From: a bacterium
GTDB lineage: Bacteria; UBA8248
DNA length: 64,000 nt
NCBI GenBank assembly: GCA_965202625.1
Contig: CBDBBI010000010.1
Span: 2,496,001-2,560,000 of the forward strand
Direction: 5' to 3'
Shown: one piece after another, positions 1 to 13,725 of the stretch
Numbering within the stretch: the first letter of the stretch is position 1
How the letters are laid out: every line of letters starts with the position of its first letter
The notes under the pieces: model-generated
Seen by the model: only the letters and a program-made list of their open reading frames with translations
What the model was told of the DNA's origin: nothing
The model's database searches: none
Made by a program: the position numbers and the translations under genes

Positions 1-42
1 GACAGGTTCGCGCACCTTGTGGGGAGGAGATTTTCCGCCTGA
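1..42 (+). CDS. 3' end of an unidentified upstream gene (partial)
   Basis: Open frame DRFAHLVGRRFSA ends in TGA at 40-42, overlapping the next ATG (TGATG coupling). Confidence 0.35.
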   Translation, partial: DRFAHLVGRRFSA

Positions 43-395
43 TGGAGGATGGCGAGCAAGTGAACCAAGAGGACGCTCCGCCGCTCCCGCGCTCTTATAA
101 GGGGTTGCGCGCCCTGCAGGCGGAGTTCGCGCGGTATCAGGCGGAGGCGTTTCCCGAACGCGCGCCCCGGTTTTTCGCCCTGGAGCTGGCGGGCGAGACG
201 GGCGAGCTCGCCAATCTCGAGAAAAAGGAATGGAAGGGCCGCAGGGTGGACGCGGCGGCCTATACAGACGAGGCGGCGGATGTCATGATCGCCGTGATGA
301 ACTACGCCAACGCGCGGGGGATCGACCTGGGTGCGGCCGTATCTGCGAAGATGGCCGAAATCGAGCGCAGAAGAGGGCGGGACCCCGAAAAATAA
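42..395 (+). CDS. MazG-like nucleotide pyrophosphohydrolase domain protein
   Basis: ELAGETGELANLEKK...DEAADV matches the ExxE...ExxD all-alpha NTP-PPase pattern. Confidence 0.75.
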   Translation: MEDGEQVNQEDAPPLPRSYKGLRALQAEFARYQAEAFPERAPRFFALELAGETGELANLEKKEWKGRRVDAAAYTDEAADVMIAVMNYANARGIDLGAAVSAKMAEIERRRGRDPEK

Positions 396-443
396 GCCGC
401 CGGACCGATTTTTCCAGAACCGACGAAAGGGGATGAAACTCCA

Positions 444-1253
444 ATGCCAGGTCTTCCGACCGACTCCGCCGACCTCGCCGACGTGCAGGCGGGCTCCGAT
501 GCGCGCAACGTCAAGATAGACAAGGTGGGCGTCAAGAACATCCGCTATCCCATCGTGGTGAAGGACAGGGCGAAGGAGGCCCAGCACACCATCGGCAACA
601 TCAACATGTACGTGGACCTGCCGCACCACTTCAAGGGCACCCACATGAGCCGCTTTCTGGAGGTGCTGAACGAGCACATCGACGCGATCAGCGTGGACGG
701 CGTGCCGTCCATATTGCGGACGATTCGGGAGCGCCTCGACGCGGAGACGGCGCATTTCTCGGTATCCTTCCCCTATTTCATGGAAAAGGCGGCTCCGGTG
801 TCGGGTGCGGAGGGCTTGATGGCGCTCGAGTGCGGCTTCGACGCCTCCTCGGGTGCGGTGGACGACTTCATTCTGGGCATCATGGTGCGCATCGCTACGC
901 TGTGTCCGTGCTCGAAGGAGATCAGCCTGCGCGGGGCGCACAACCAAAGGGGACACGTGCGCATCAAGGTGCGCTTCGACGGCGAGTTCTGGATAGAGGA
1001 GCTCGTGGAGATCGCCGAGAACGCGGGCAGCTGCGCACTCTATCCGATACTCAAGCGCGAGGACGAGAAGTTCGTCACCGAAACGGCGTTCGACAACCCG
1101 CGCTTCGTGGAGGACGTGGTGCGCGAGGCTGCCCTTCTGCTCAGAGACGACAAGCGCATCAGATGGTTTCAGGTGGAGGTGGAGAATTTTGAATCCATCC
1201 ACGATCACAACGCCTACGCCTTCGTCGAGGAGACGGTGAGACGCGAGGGGTAG
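444..1253 (+). CDS. folE2: GTP cyclohydrolase I type 2 (FolE2)
   Basis: KGTHMSRF, TLCPCSK, GAHNQR, LKREDEK, NPRFVED and ESIHDHNAYA motifs. Confidence 0.95.
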   Translation: MPGLPTDSADLADVQAGSDARNVKIDKVGVKNIRYPIVVKDRAKEAQHTIGNINMYVDLPHHFKGTHMSRFLEVLNEHIDAISVDGVPSILRTIRERLDAETAHFSVSFPYFMEKAAPVSGAEGLMALECGFDASSGAVDDFILGIMVRIATLCPCSKEISLRGAHNQRGHVRIKVRFDGEFWIEELVEIAENAGSCALYPILKREDEKFVTETAFDNPRFVEDVVREAALLLRDDKRIRWFQVEVENFESIHDHNAYAFVEETVRREG

Positions 1254-1388
1254 GCCGCACTTCATGCGAGCAAGGGCGCCCAGAGCAAGAGGGCGCGCAA
1301 GGCTGCTTCGCCCTTTTCATCTTGCGGAGAAATGCACTATAAAACCCTCCGTGATCGGCATCTTTAGTCGATGGATTCGGAATGGCAT

Positions 1389-5159
<3,771 letters not shown>

Positions 5160-5180
5160 GCGCCCGCTCCCCCAACGCCG

Positions 5181-5209
5181 TTGACGGATCGGGCTTGCGC
5201 GGCTAGATT
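5181..5209 (+). promoter_or_regulatory. Sigma70-type promoter of tRNA-Leu
   Basis: TTGACG-17 nt-TAGATT upstream of the tRNA. Confidence 0.55.
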
Positions 5210-5251
5210 GCGGGGCGCGACGTTCCGGCCCGGAAGGCCCGCCGGCGGAAT

Positions 5252-5336
5252 GCGAGGGTGGCGGAACTGGCAGACGCGCTGGATTTAGGATCCAGTGCCT
5301 TCGGGCGTGGGGGTTCGAATCCCCCCCTTCGCACCA
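5252..5336 (+). tRNA. tRNA-Leu (anticodon TAG)
   Basis: Acceptor stem GCGAGGG/CCTTCGC, anticodon arm CTGGA-TTTAGGA-TCCAG, long variable arm, GTTCGAAT T-loop, encoded CCA. Confidence 0.96.
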
Positions 5337-5370
5337 CAGAAAAATTTTGAATATTTGATAGCCATACCGT

Positions 5371-5400
5371 GGGCGGTGCTTTGCGCCGCCCGAAATTTTT
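5371..5400 (+). terminator. Probable intrinsic terminator after tRNA-Leu
   Basis: GGGCGGTGC-TTT-GCGCCGCCC hairpin followed by GAAATTTTT. Confidence 0.5.
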
Positions 5401-5470
5401 GCCATTTCGTTTTCGTATTTGGTTATCTTTATAAAAAATGAAAATATATTGCCTGTATGCGAAAATAGCA

Positions 5471-5509
5471 TTGACATACGATAAATAATGACCATATTTA
5501 TAAATATGG
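5471..5509 (+). promoter_or_regulatory. Promoter with 18-bp perfect palindromic operator overlapping the -10 region and start codon
   Basis: TTGACA at 5471-5476; CCATATTTATAAATATGG at 5492-5509 is self-complementary and contains the ATG at 5506. Confidence 0.6.
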
Positions 5510-5727
5510 ACAATCAAGAAGGTAAGAAAGAGCGATTTAAGCGATTGGCTTCACGGCGAACCAATGCGGTGCTGCAAAAGCTCAAAGTATTGGGAAACTG
5601 CGCCAACCGCAGCGTTTACGAATACACAGAAGAAGATATTCATAAAATTTTCTCAGAAATTGAACGATTTGTAAGGGAGACGAAATCAAAATTTCACTTT
5701 CCTCACAATAGGAGGTTCAAGTTATGA
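5506..5727 (+). CDS. Small basic helical hypothetical protein (73 aa), possible regulator of the downstream ATPase
   Basis: ERFKRLASRRTN...LGNCANRSVYEYTEEDIHKIF; stop overlaps the next ATG (ATGA); AT-rich; alternative start 5488. Confidence 0.75.
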   Translation: MDNQEGKKERFKRLASRRTNAVLQKLKVLGNCANRSVYEYTEEDIHKIFSEIERFVRETKSKFHFPHNRRFKL

Positions 5728-8099
5728 CAAACGACGAAATGAAAGGATTTGCTCTTTCACTGGCGAAAGCGGACAAGGAAAAAGAAGTCGTCAAAATCTT
5801 GAAAGAATCGGGATATTGGAATGATGATAGCGCTTGGCGAGAATATGGGGACAATTCAATGAATTTCTCTATTATCGCCAACCAAAGTGGTTTCGCCGAC
5901 CACGCATTGGTGGAAAAACTGATCAATTCAGTGGATGCCGTATTGATGAGAGAGTGTTGGAGTCGGGGGATCGCACCGGATAGTGCAGGTGCCCCGAAGA
6001 ACATTGCCGAGGCGCAAAGAAAATTTTTCGGCATTCGCAACGGCAAGCTATCAAGCATGGATGGAACGCAAAGGGCGAGACTTGCAGACAACATTTTACT
6101 CGTCGCCAGCGGTAGTAAAACGAAGCCCTCATTCTCCATTATAGATAAGGGAGAGGGTCAGACGCCGAATAGTATGCCCAAAACGATACTATCTTTGACC
6201 AAAGAGAACAAAATCAAGATTCCGTTCGTGCAAGGCAAGTTCGGAATGGGTGGAACCGGTGTGTTAAGGTTTTGTAGCTCTGAACATCATTTGCAACTTT
6301 TGATCTCAAAGCGCAATGTAAATATCCGAGATCACGACGAAGATCCGACGAAGGCCTTTTGGGGCGTGACAATCATTAGACAGGAAGAACCCAAAGAGGG
6401 GATGCGTAATTCACACTATACCTACTTGGCTCCAGAGGGGCGGATATTGTCGTTTGAGGCGCGTGCATTGCCTCTGTTGCCAAAAGCTCACCCAAGAGCA
6501 TTTGGCAATCCGCTTGAATCGGGAACATATGTCAAGCTGTATGAATATGAGATAGGCCCACCGCTACCCAGTATAATCGCTTTTGCTTTGTATTATCGTC
6601 TTTCGCTTCTCATGCCTGATGTGGCTTTGCCCATCAGAATGTTTGAACGACGGGACTATGAAGGCCATGCTCACGAAAAAACGCTTGCCGGTTTAAGCGT
6701 GCGTTTGGATGATGATAGAAGCGGCAATCTCGAGCCTGAGTTCCAAAAGCCCAGCACGGGAGAAATAACTATTGATGGGGAAAAATTTAATTATTCCATT
6801 TATGTTTTCAAAAAAGGGAAGAAGGGGAATTATGCAAGAAACGAGGGTATTGTTTTTTCGATAAATGGGCAAGCGCATGGATTTTTGCAAAAGCGATTTT
6901 TTGAGCGCAAAGCAGTGGGGATGTCCTATCTATCCGATAGTATTTTGATAGTGATGGACTGCTCGAAAATATCAAGAAAAATGCAGGAAAAATTATTTAT
7001 GCCCAGTCGGGACCGGCTTGCTCGGACTTCATTTCTGAGCGATATTGAAAAAGAGTTGGAGAGTATCATAAAAACCCACCCTGGACTGAAAGATCTGCAA
7101 AGCAGACGTCGTGAAGAAACACTCTCCGACAAGTTGCGAGATTCCAAACGGCTTGATGATCTCTTAACAGATATCATCAAGAAAGATCCAACCCTTTCAA
7201 ATCTCCTTTTGAATGGCGGCAGAATACCAAACCCTTTCAAGACGAAAGGGTCTGGCACCAGGAAGAAGTTCCAGGGGAAAAAGTTTCCGACTTACTTCGT
7301 TTTAGATAAGAGCTACACGGAGGACAGCCCTAAAGGTTGCGCAATCAACCGGAATTTTAGAGTCCAATATCAGACTGACGCCGAAAATGACTATTTCAAT
7401 CGTGATCAAGATCAGGGAAAATTCACATTGAAACTGGGGGGAAGCGTAATTCGGGGTTCCTCTTTGAATTTATGGAACGGGCTGGCTAGTTTGACTGTAA
7501 ATCTGCCAAAAGTAGATATCGGAGATTTGCGCTGTTTTGAAACGGAAGTGTCTGATATAAGTAAAGTGGAACCTTTTCTAAGCGAGTTCTGGATTCGGGT
7601 AGAAAAAGCAAGTAAGTCGAATAATTCTAACGGAAATGGTAGAAAAGACCCACCAAGCGATGAGGAAGGCGAAAAGCGGCAAAGACAAGCGAATCTTGAT
7701 ATTCCTCAGGTAGTAGAGATACGAGAAGAACGTTGGGAAGAATTCAAGTTCAACAAGGAAAGTTCTTTGCAAGTCAAAGGGACTGGTGAAGGCAATGGAT
7801 ATGATTTTTATGTCAACATGGATAACGTATACTTGAGAAACGAACTTAGTAGAAACGAACTTAAAGGTAATGCCCAGGCCGACTCCAAGATATTAGAGGA
7901 AAGATATAAGACCGGAATGGTTCTTTTGGGTATGTCGCTTCTCCATTTTGACGAAAATCATGCCGAAAATAATAATGGCTCTGACCCAGACCAAAATGGT
8001 GTGTCCGTGTATGATCGCATCTCCGAATTTACGCAAGCCGTATCTCTAGTTCTCCTTCCGATGATTGCATCGTTGGGCACTTTGGAATCCGAGACGTAG
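5724..8099 (+). CDS. GHKL/HATPase_c (MORC/Hsp90-like) ATPase domain protein
   Basis: ALVEKLINSVDA (ExxxNxxDA), IIDKGEG (DxGxG), GKFGMGGTG and a later GT motif; C-terminal half unassigned; AT-rich relative to flanks. Confidence 0.8.
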   Translation: MTNDEMKGFALSLAKADKEKEVVKILKESGYWNDDSAWREYGDNSMNFSIIANQSGFADHALVEKLINSVDAVLMRECWSRGIAPDSAGAPKNIAEAQRKFFGIRNGKLSSMDGTQRARLADNILLVASGSKTKPSFSIIDKGEGQTPNSMPKTILSLTKENKIKIPFVQGKFGMGGTGVLRFCSSEHHLQLLISKRNVNIRDHDEDPTKAFWGVTIIRQEEPKEGMRNSHYTYLAPEGRILSFEARALPLLPKAHPRAFGNPLESGTYVKLYEYEIGPPLPSIIAFALYYRLSLLMPDVALPIRMFERRDYEGHAHEKTLAGLSVRLDDDRSGNLEPEFQKPSTGEITIDGEKFNYSIYVFKKGKKGNYARNEGIVFSINGQAHGFLQKRFFERKAVGMSYLSDSILIVMDCSKISRKMQEKLFMPSRDRLARTSFLSDIEKELESIIKTHPGLKDLQSRRREETLSDKLRDSKRLDDLLTDIIKKDPTLSNLLLNGGRIPNPFKTKGSGTRKKFQGKKFPTYFVLDKSYTEDSPKGCAINRNFRVQYQTDAENDYFNRDQDQGKFTLKLGGSVIRGSSLNLWNGLASLTVNLPKVDIGDLRCFETEVSDISKVEPFLSEFWIRVEKASKSNNSNGNGRKDPPSDEEGEKRQRQANLDIPQVVEIREERWEEFKFNKESSLQVKGTGEGNGYDFYVNMDNVYLRNELSRNELKGNAQADSKILEERYKTGMVLLGMSLLHFDENHAENNNGSDPDQNGVSVYDRISEFTQAVSLVLLPMIASLGTLESET

Positions 8100-8171
8100 C
8101 CGCTGTAACTATGGTGCACTTTTCCCCGTTTCGACCGGGTGGGGTTTGTTTTTTGAGGAGAGAATGAAGGA

Positions 8172-9557
8172 ATGAGCGGCACAGTGAGCGACGTTGACGC
8201 ATGCACGAAGCGTCTGGAGGTCGCCGTCCCCCGCGCGGAAGTGTCAGAGGAGCTGGATCGCGCCTACAGACGCCTGTCGGGGCGCGTGAAGATGAAGGGC
8301 TTCAGAAAGGGCAAAGTCCCGCGCCACGTGCTCGAGCGCTACTACGGCGAGGAACTGCAGGCGGAGGTGATGAATCACGTGATATCGACTTCTTGCCGAA
8401 GGCTGCTGGCGGACAGGGGGATGCGTCCGGTGGGAGAGCCGAGCGTGACCGACATCAAGATGGAGGACGACGCGCCGGAGCTGACCTACAGGGCGACGGT
8501 GGAGGTCATCCCTCCCTTCGCGCTCGGGCAGTATACGGGGCTTTCGGTGCGGGCGCATCGCCATCAGGTGACGGATGCGCTCGTCGATAAGCAGATCGAG
8601 GCTTTGAGGCGGCGGGCCGCCACGTTCGAGGACGTGGACAGGCTGGCCCAGGAGGGGGACTACGTCCTTTTCGACATTGGGGGCTTCCAGGACGGAAAGG
8701 CCGTCCCCGGGACCGGAGGAGAGAACCAGGCGCTTCTGATCGGCGGAGAGGGGAGCGAGGAGGCGCTGAGCGACGCGCTCGTCGGAATGGGGGGCGGCGA
8801 GGAGAAGGAGATCGAAATCGACGTTCCGGAGAACGCGGCGCCCAACGTCGCGGGCAAGCGCCTGCAATTCCGCATTCGCCTCAAGGAGGTGAAAGAGGCC
8901 CATCCGCCCGCACTGGATGACGATTTCGTCAAATCTCTGGGACGGGGCTATACGCGCATGGAGGATTTGAGGGCGGACGTGGCGAGGGAGATGGAGTCCA
9001 CGGAGGACGCCAACGCGCGAAGCCAGGCGATCTCCGAACTGCTGGGCGCGCTGATCGAAGCGCATCCCTTCCAGGCACCGCCCACGCTCGTGGAAGGCGA
9101 GGCGCAGGCGCAGGTTCGCGAATATGAGCGTCGCCTGCGTCAGGAGAATCCGGAGGCGCAGTTCTCGGAGGGGCGGCTTCAGGAGTTGCGCGAGGAAGCG
9201 CGGCCAGGGGCCGAGCAGAGCGTGCGTCAGCGCATCATCGTGGAGCGCATTCGGGAGGCGGAGAAAATCGAGGCGAGCGAGGAGGAGATTCAGGCGCAGA
9301 TCAACCTCTCCGCCGCGCGCTACGGAATGACGCCCGCCAAGCTCCGCGAGAGGATGGCGACGACCGGGGCGATGACCTCGCTCGTTTCCAACATCAACTA
9401 CAACAAGACGCTGGCCTGGCTCTTTGATCAGGCCAACGTGGAATTTGACGCCCACGACGCCGCCGATCATGACGATCGCGAAGCGGGCGCGCGCAGCTCC
9501 GAAGAAGGGGCGAGTGAGGCGCGCGCATCCGGCGGCGATATGCAAGAGGATGGATGA
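8172..9557 (+). CDS. tig: Trigger factor
   Basis: GFRKGKVP ribosome-binding signature; lies upstream of clpP-clpX. Confidence 0.93.
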   Translation: MSGTVSDVDACTKRLEVAVPRAEVSEELDRAYRRLSGRVKMKGFRKGKVPRHVLERYYGEELQAEVMNHVISTSCRRLLADRGMRPVGEPSVTDIKMEDDAPELTYRATVEVIPPFALGQYTGLSVRAHRHQVTDALVDKQIEALRRRAATFEDVDRLAQEGDYVLFDIGGFQDGKAVPGTGGENQALLIGGEGSEEALSDALVGMGGGEEKEIEIDVPENAAPNVAGKRLQFRIRLKEVKEAHPPALDDDFVKSLGRGYTRMEDLRADVAREMESTEDANARSQAISELLGALIEAHPFQAPPTLVEGEAQAQVREYERRLRQENPEAQFSEGRLQELREEARPGAEQSVRQRIIVERIREAEKIEASEEEIQAQINLSAARYGMTPAKLRERMATTGAMTSLVSNINYNKTLAWLFDQANVEFDAHDAADHDDREAGARSSEEGASEARASGGDMQEDG

Positions 9558-9560
9558 AAA

Positions 9561-10199
9561 GTGGCTCTCGTACCCATGGTGGTGGAACAGACGAATCGAG
9601 GCGAGCGGGCGTATGATATCTACAGCCGCCTGCTGAAGGAGAGGATCATCTTTCTGGGCACGGCGATAGACGACGTCATCGCGAACCTCGTGACGGCACA
9701 GCTTCTTTTTCTGGAAGCGGAGGAGCCCGACAGGGACATCGCCATGTACGTCAACAGCCCGGGCGGTGCCGTCACGGCGGGCCTGGCCATCTACGACACG
9801 ATCCAATACATCAGCCCCGACGTGTCGACCATCTGCATCGGCCAGGCGGCGAGCATGGGCGCGCTTTTGCTGGCGGCGGGCGCCAAGGGAAAGCGCTACG
9901 CTCTGCCCAACTCGCGCATTCTGATTCATCAGCCCCTGGGCGGCGTGCAGGGGCAGGCGAGCGACATCGACATTCAGGCGCGCGAGATTCTCCGCATGAA
10001 GGAGGAGCTCAACGAAATTCTCGCGAGGCACACCGGCCAGACTCTCGAGCGGATTGGGAAAGACACCGATCGGGATAATTTCATGACGGCCGAGCAGGCG
10101 CGGGCCTACGGCCTGCTTGACGACGTGATCGTCTCGCGCAAGGACGCGTCGGGTAAAAAACCGGGCGCGAGGGGAGACGAGGAGAAAAACGGCTCCTAG
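9561..10199 (+). CDS. clpP: ATP-dependent Clp protease proteolytic subunit
   Basis: [35 protein letters not shown]; GTG start. Confidence 0.97.
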   Translation: MALVPMVVEQTNRGERAYDIYSRLLKERIIFLGTAIDDVIANLVTAQLLFLEAEEPDRDIAMYVNSPGGAVTAGLAIYDTIQYISPDVSTICIGQAASMGALLLAAGAKGKRYALPNSRILIHQPLGGVQGQASDIDIQAREILRMKEELNEILARHTGQTLERIGKDTDRDNFMTAEQARAYGLLDDVIVSRKDASGKKPGARGDEEKNGS

Positions 10200-10253
10200 C
10201 CAGGGGGCTGGTATCGCGCGGCAAAGCGCTCTTCTCCGAAGGGAGGATGTTCG

Positions 10254-11498
10254 ATGGCGAGGCGGGTTTCAGACAAAAAAGACGCTCTGCGCTGCTCGTT
10301 CTGCGGAAAAAGCCAGGAGGAGGTGAAGAAGCTCATCGCGGGACCGCACGTTTATATTTGCGATGAGTGCGTGGAGCTGTGCCAGGAAATCATGATGGAG
10401 GAGTGGAGCGAGGAGCGCAAGCGCGAGGGCAAACCCCTTCTGAAGCCCACCGAGATCAAGGCGATACTTGATGAGCACATCGTGGGGCAGGAGAAGGCGA
10501 AAAAATCCCTCTCCGTCGCCGTCTATAACCACTACCGGCGGGTGGACACGCCCGTCGGCCTGCTGCACGACGTGGAGCTGCAAAAAAGCAACATTCTGCT
10601 CATCGGCCCCACCGGCTCCGGCAAGACGCTCATGGCGCAAACCCTGGCGCGCCTGCTGGACGTGCCCTTCGTGATCGTTGACGCGACGACGCTCACCGAG
10701 GCCGGCTACGTGGGCGAGGACGTGGAGAACGTCATTCTCAAGCTCCTCCAGGCGGCCGATTTCGACGTGGCGAAAGCCGAGCGCGGCATCATCTATATTG
10801 ACGAGATCGACAAGATCAGCCGAAAGAGCGAGAACCCCTCCATCACCAGGGACGTTTCCGGCGAGGGCGTCCAGCAGGCCCTGCTCAAGGTCATCGAGGG
10901 GACGGTGGCCAACGTGCCGCCCCAGGGGGGGAGAAAGCACCCCCATCAGGAGTTTCTGCGCGTGGATACCGCGAACATCCTATTCATCGGCGGCGGGGCG
11001 TTCGTGGGTCTCGAAGCCATCATCAAGAAGAGGGTGGGCCGAAACGAAATCGGGTTCGAGGCCAGCGTGCGGAGCGCGGCGGATGAGTCGCTGAGCGAAC
11101 TGCTCGCCCGGGTGACTTCTGAGGACCTGCTGAAATACGGCTTGATTCCTGAGTTCGTGGGCCGTCTGCCGGTGGTGGCCACCCTGAGTGATTTGGACCA
11201 GGAGGCGCTCGTGAGCATCCTGACCAAGCCGAAAAACGCCCTTGTGAAGCAATACAGCAAGCTCGTGGAGTTCGAGAACGTCTCCCTGCAATTCACCGAG
11301 GACGCGCTCGTCGCCATCGCCGCCAAAGCCCTGGAGCGCAAAACGGGCGCGCGCGGGCTGCGCTCCATCATTGAGGATTTGCTGCTCGACACGATGTATG
11401 AGCTGCCGGGCATGGCGGGCGTCAAGGAAGTCATCATCAACGAAAACGTGGTGGTCCGAAAGGAGAGGCCGCTGCTGGTCTATGAGAAGGCGAGCTAG
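10254..11498 (+). CDS. clpX: ATP-dependent Clp protease ATP-binding subunit
   Basis: CSFCGK zinc finger, GPTGSGKT Walker [24 protein letters not shown]. Confidence 0.97.
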   Translation: MARRVSDKKDALRCSFCGKSQEEVKKLIAGPHVYICDECVELCQEIMMEEWSEERKREGKPLLKPTEIKAILDEHIVGQEKAKKSLSVAVYNHYRRVDTPVGLLHDVELQKSNILLIGPTGSGKTLMAQTLARLLDVPFVIVDATTLTEAGYVGEDVENVILKLLQAADFDVAKAERGIIYIDEIDKISRKSENPSITRDVSGEGVQQALLKVIEGTVANVPPQGGRKHPHQEFLRVDTANILFIGGGAFVGLEAIIKKRVGRNEIGFEASVRSAADESLSELLARVTSEDLLKYGLIPEFVGRLPVVATLSDLDQEALVSILTKPKNALVKQYSKLVEFENVSLQFTEDALVAIAAKALERKTGARGLRSIIEDLLLDTMYELPGMAGVKEVIINENVVVRKERPLLVYEKAS

Positions 11499-11626
11499 CG
11501 CGAGCCTCCTCCTCTCTTGTTCCATTGGGACTCCTCGCTCCTTTCGAGGATGCGCGCCGCGCGCCTTGTGGTGCCGTGTTGGTTTTTTTGAGGAAAAACG
11601 CTATTTTCACGAGCGTGCGGGGCGCG

Positions 11627-11655
11627 TTGACAATGCGAGGGACGCCCCATATCAT
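11627..11655 (+). promoter_or_regulatory. Sigma70-type promoter of the tRNA-Val/thrS region
   Basis: TTGACA-17 nt-TATCAT. Confidence 0.6.
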
Positions 11656-11671
11656 TTCAGAATACCGAAGA

Positions 11672-11746
11672 AGGCGCGTAGCTCAGGGGGAGAGCGCTTG
11701 CTTGACACGCAAGAGGTCGGCGGTTCAAAACCGCCCGCGCCTACCA
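11672..11746 (+). tRNA. tRNA-Val (anticodon GAC)
   Basis: Acceptor stem AGGCGCG/CGCGCCT, anticodon arm CTTGC-TTGACAC-GCAAG, GGTTCAAAA T-loop, encoded CCA. Confidence 0.95.
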
Positions 11747-11846
11747 TGATGCAATGGCCGATGCGGGGCGCGCTTGCGCCGCCTCGTGAGGCTTGATGGT
11801 GCGAGGAACTTCGAGAGGAGCTTGCGGCGCTATCGAACGCCCGTCC

Positions 11847-13724
11847 ATGTCCCAGCGAACGGATCAGAAAGACTTCCCCCAAAACGCGGTCGCGCGCAAA
11901 CTGGGCGGCGCGCCCGTTGACCTGAATCGCCTTCTCCCTGACGATGCCGCGCCGGAGTTCATCCTTCTCGATTCCGAGGAGGGTTTGGAGATTCTGCGTC
12001 ACAGCACCGCGCACCTCATGGCCCAGGCGGTGCGGGAGCTGTATCCGGGCGCGCGGCTCGCCATCGGCCCCCCCATCGAAAACGGGTTTTACTACGACAT
12101 TGACGTGGACGTCGCCTTCACCCCCGATGATTTGAAGAAGATCGAAGGGAGGATGCGAGAGCTCGCCAAAAAGAAATACGCCATCGAGCGCGAGGACGTC
12201 TCCCGCCCCGACGCGCTGGCGCTTTTCAAGGCGAGGGACGAGAGCTACAAGATAGAGATGATTCATGAATTGCCCGAAGATGAGGCGCTTTCGGTCTATC
12301 GCCAGGGCGATTTCGTGGACCTGTGCCGGGGGCCGCATGCGCCCCATACGGGAATGCTGCGGCATTTCAGGCTTCTCAGCGTGGCGGGCGCCTACTGGCG
12401 CGGAGACGAGAACAACAGGATGCTCCAGCGCATCTATGGCACCGCCTTCGCCACGAAGGAGGACCTGAAAGCCCACCTGGAGAGGCTGGAGGACGCCCGA
12501 AAGAGGGATCACCGCCTCCTCGGCAAACAACTCGGCATATTCCTGGTGGACGAGAGCGCGGGCGGGGGCCTGATTTACTGGCAGCCCCGGGGCGCGACGG
12601 TGAAGCGGGTGATCGAGCGTTTTTGGGAGGATGAGCACGTCAAGCGCGGCTACGCGCTCGTCTCCATCCCCCACATCGCGCGGGACGCGCTCTTCAGAAC
12701 TTCGGGCCACTACGATTTTTATCGGGAAAACATGTATGTCCTGAACGTTGACGAGGACGAATACGTCCTCAAGCCGATGAACTGCCCGGGCCACATTCTG
12801 ATCTATCAGCAGAAAATCCACAGCTACCGCGACCTGCCCTACCGCCTGGCGGAGCTGGGCACGGTGTATCGCTACGAGCGCAGCGGCGCGTTGCACGGAA
12901 TGCTCCGCGTGCGGGGCTTCACCCAGGACGACGCGCACATCTTCTGCACGCCGGAACAGGCGGAGGCGGAGGTACTGGGCGTCATCGATCTGGCGCACTT
13001 CATGCTGCGGACCTACGGCTACGAGGATTTTGAAACCGAGCTTTCTGTGCATGACGCCGCCGATTTCAGCAAATACGCGGGCGCGCCCGCCGATTGGGAA
13101 GCGGCGGAGGCCGCTCTGGGAGAAGCCCTGGAGAAGAGGGACATCGCCTATAAGCGCATCGAGGGCGAGGCGGCGTTCTACGGACCGAAAATCGACATCA
13201 AGATGCGCGACGCCCTGGGCCGGGGCTGGCAGGGGCCCACCATCCAGTTCGACTTCAACCTGCCCCAGCGCTTTGACCTGAACTACGTCGGCGCGGACGG
13301 CGGACGCCACAAGGTCGTCATGATCCACAGGACCGTGATGGGTTCGATGGAGCGTTTCGTGGGCGGGCTGCTGGAGCATTACGCGGGCGCGTTTCCTCCG
13401 TGGCTCGCGCCCGAGCAGGCGCGCGTCATGACGATCACCGACGGTCACGTTCCCTACGGCCGAAAGGTGGAGGAGCGGCTGCGCGCCGGCGGCTTTCGCG
13501 TGGAGGGAGACTTCCGAAACGAGAAGATAGGGTATAAGATCAGGGAAGCCCAGAGAGATAAAATACCGTATATGCTCATCCTCGGCGCACGCGAGGCGGA
13601 GAGGGGCGAGGTCGCCCTGAGACTTCTCGGGCAAGGCGACGTGGGCGCCATCCCACTGGAGGAACTTATGGAGAGAATCCGAAACGACGTTGAGAAGAAA
13701 TCCCTCACGGCGGGGGCGAGCTGA
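11847..13724 (+). CDS. thrS: Threonine--tRNA ligase
   Basis: RHSTAH, DLCRGPH, RDHR, KPMNCPGH, RVRGFTQDDAH, FYGPKID; start uncertain (11793 or 11847). Confidence 0.96.
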   Translation: MSQRTDQKDFPQNAVARKLGGAPVDLNRLLPDDAAPEFILLDSEEGLEILRHSTAHLMAQAVRELYPGARLAIGPPIENGFYYDIDVDVAFTPDDLKKIEGRMRELAKKKYAIEREDVSRPDALALFKARDESYKIEMIHELPEDEALSVYRQGDFVDLCRGPHAPHTGMLRHFRLLSVAGAYWRGDENNRMLQRIYGTAFATKEDLKAHLERLEDARKRDHRLLGKQLGIFLVDESAGGGLIYWQPRGATVKRVIERFWEDEHVKRGYALVSIPHIARDALFRTSGHYDFYRENMYVLNVDEDEYVLKPMNCPGHILIYQQKIHSYRDLPYRLAELGTVYRYERSGALHGMLRVRGFTQDDAHIFCTPEQAEAEVLGVIDLAHFMLRTYGYEDFETELSVHDAADFSKYAGAPADWEAAEAALGEALEKRDIAYKRIEGEAAFYGPKIDIKMRDALGRGWQGPTIQFDFNLPQRFDLNYVGADGGRHKVVMIHRTVMGSMERFVGGLLEHYAGAFPPWLAPEQARVMTITDGHVPYGRKVEERLRAGGFRVEGDFRNEKIGYKIREAQRDKIPYMLILGAREAERGEVALRLLGQGDVGAIPLEELMERIRNDVEKKSLTAGAS

Positions 13725-13725
13725 T

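Noticed and set aside
444-1253. folE2 together with the DndB-like gene as a 7-deazaguanine (dpd) DNA modification system
   Set aside because: The genes are over 40 kb apart, no dpdA/tgt-like or que genes are in the window, and folE2 looks like a native housekeeping gene.
1254-1388. Possible SAM or cobalamin riboswitch before metH
   Set aside because: No recognisable conserved core in this short intergenic region.
8095-8171. attR duplicate of the tRNA-Leu 3' end closing the island
   Set aside because: No copy of the tRNA 3' sequence is visible and there is no integrase, so it is not called a mobile element.
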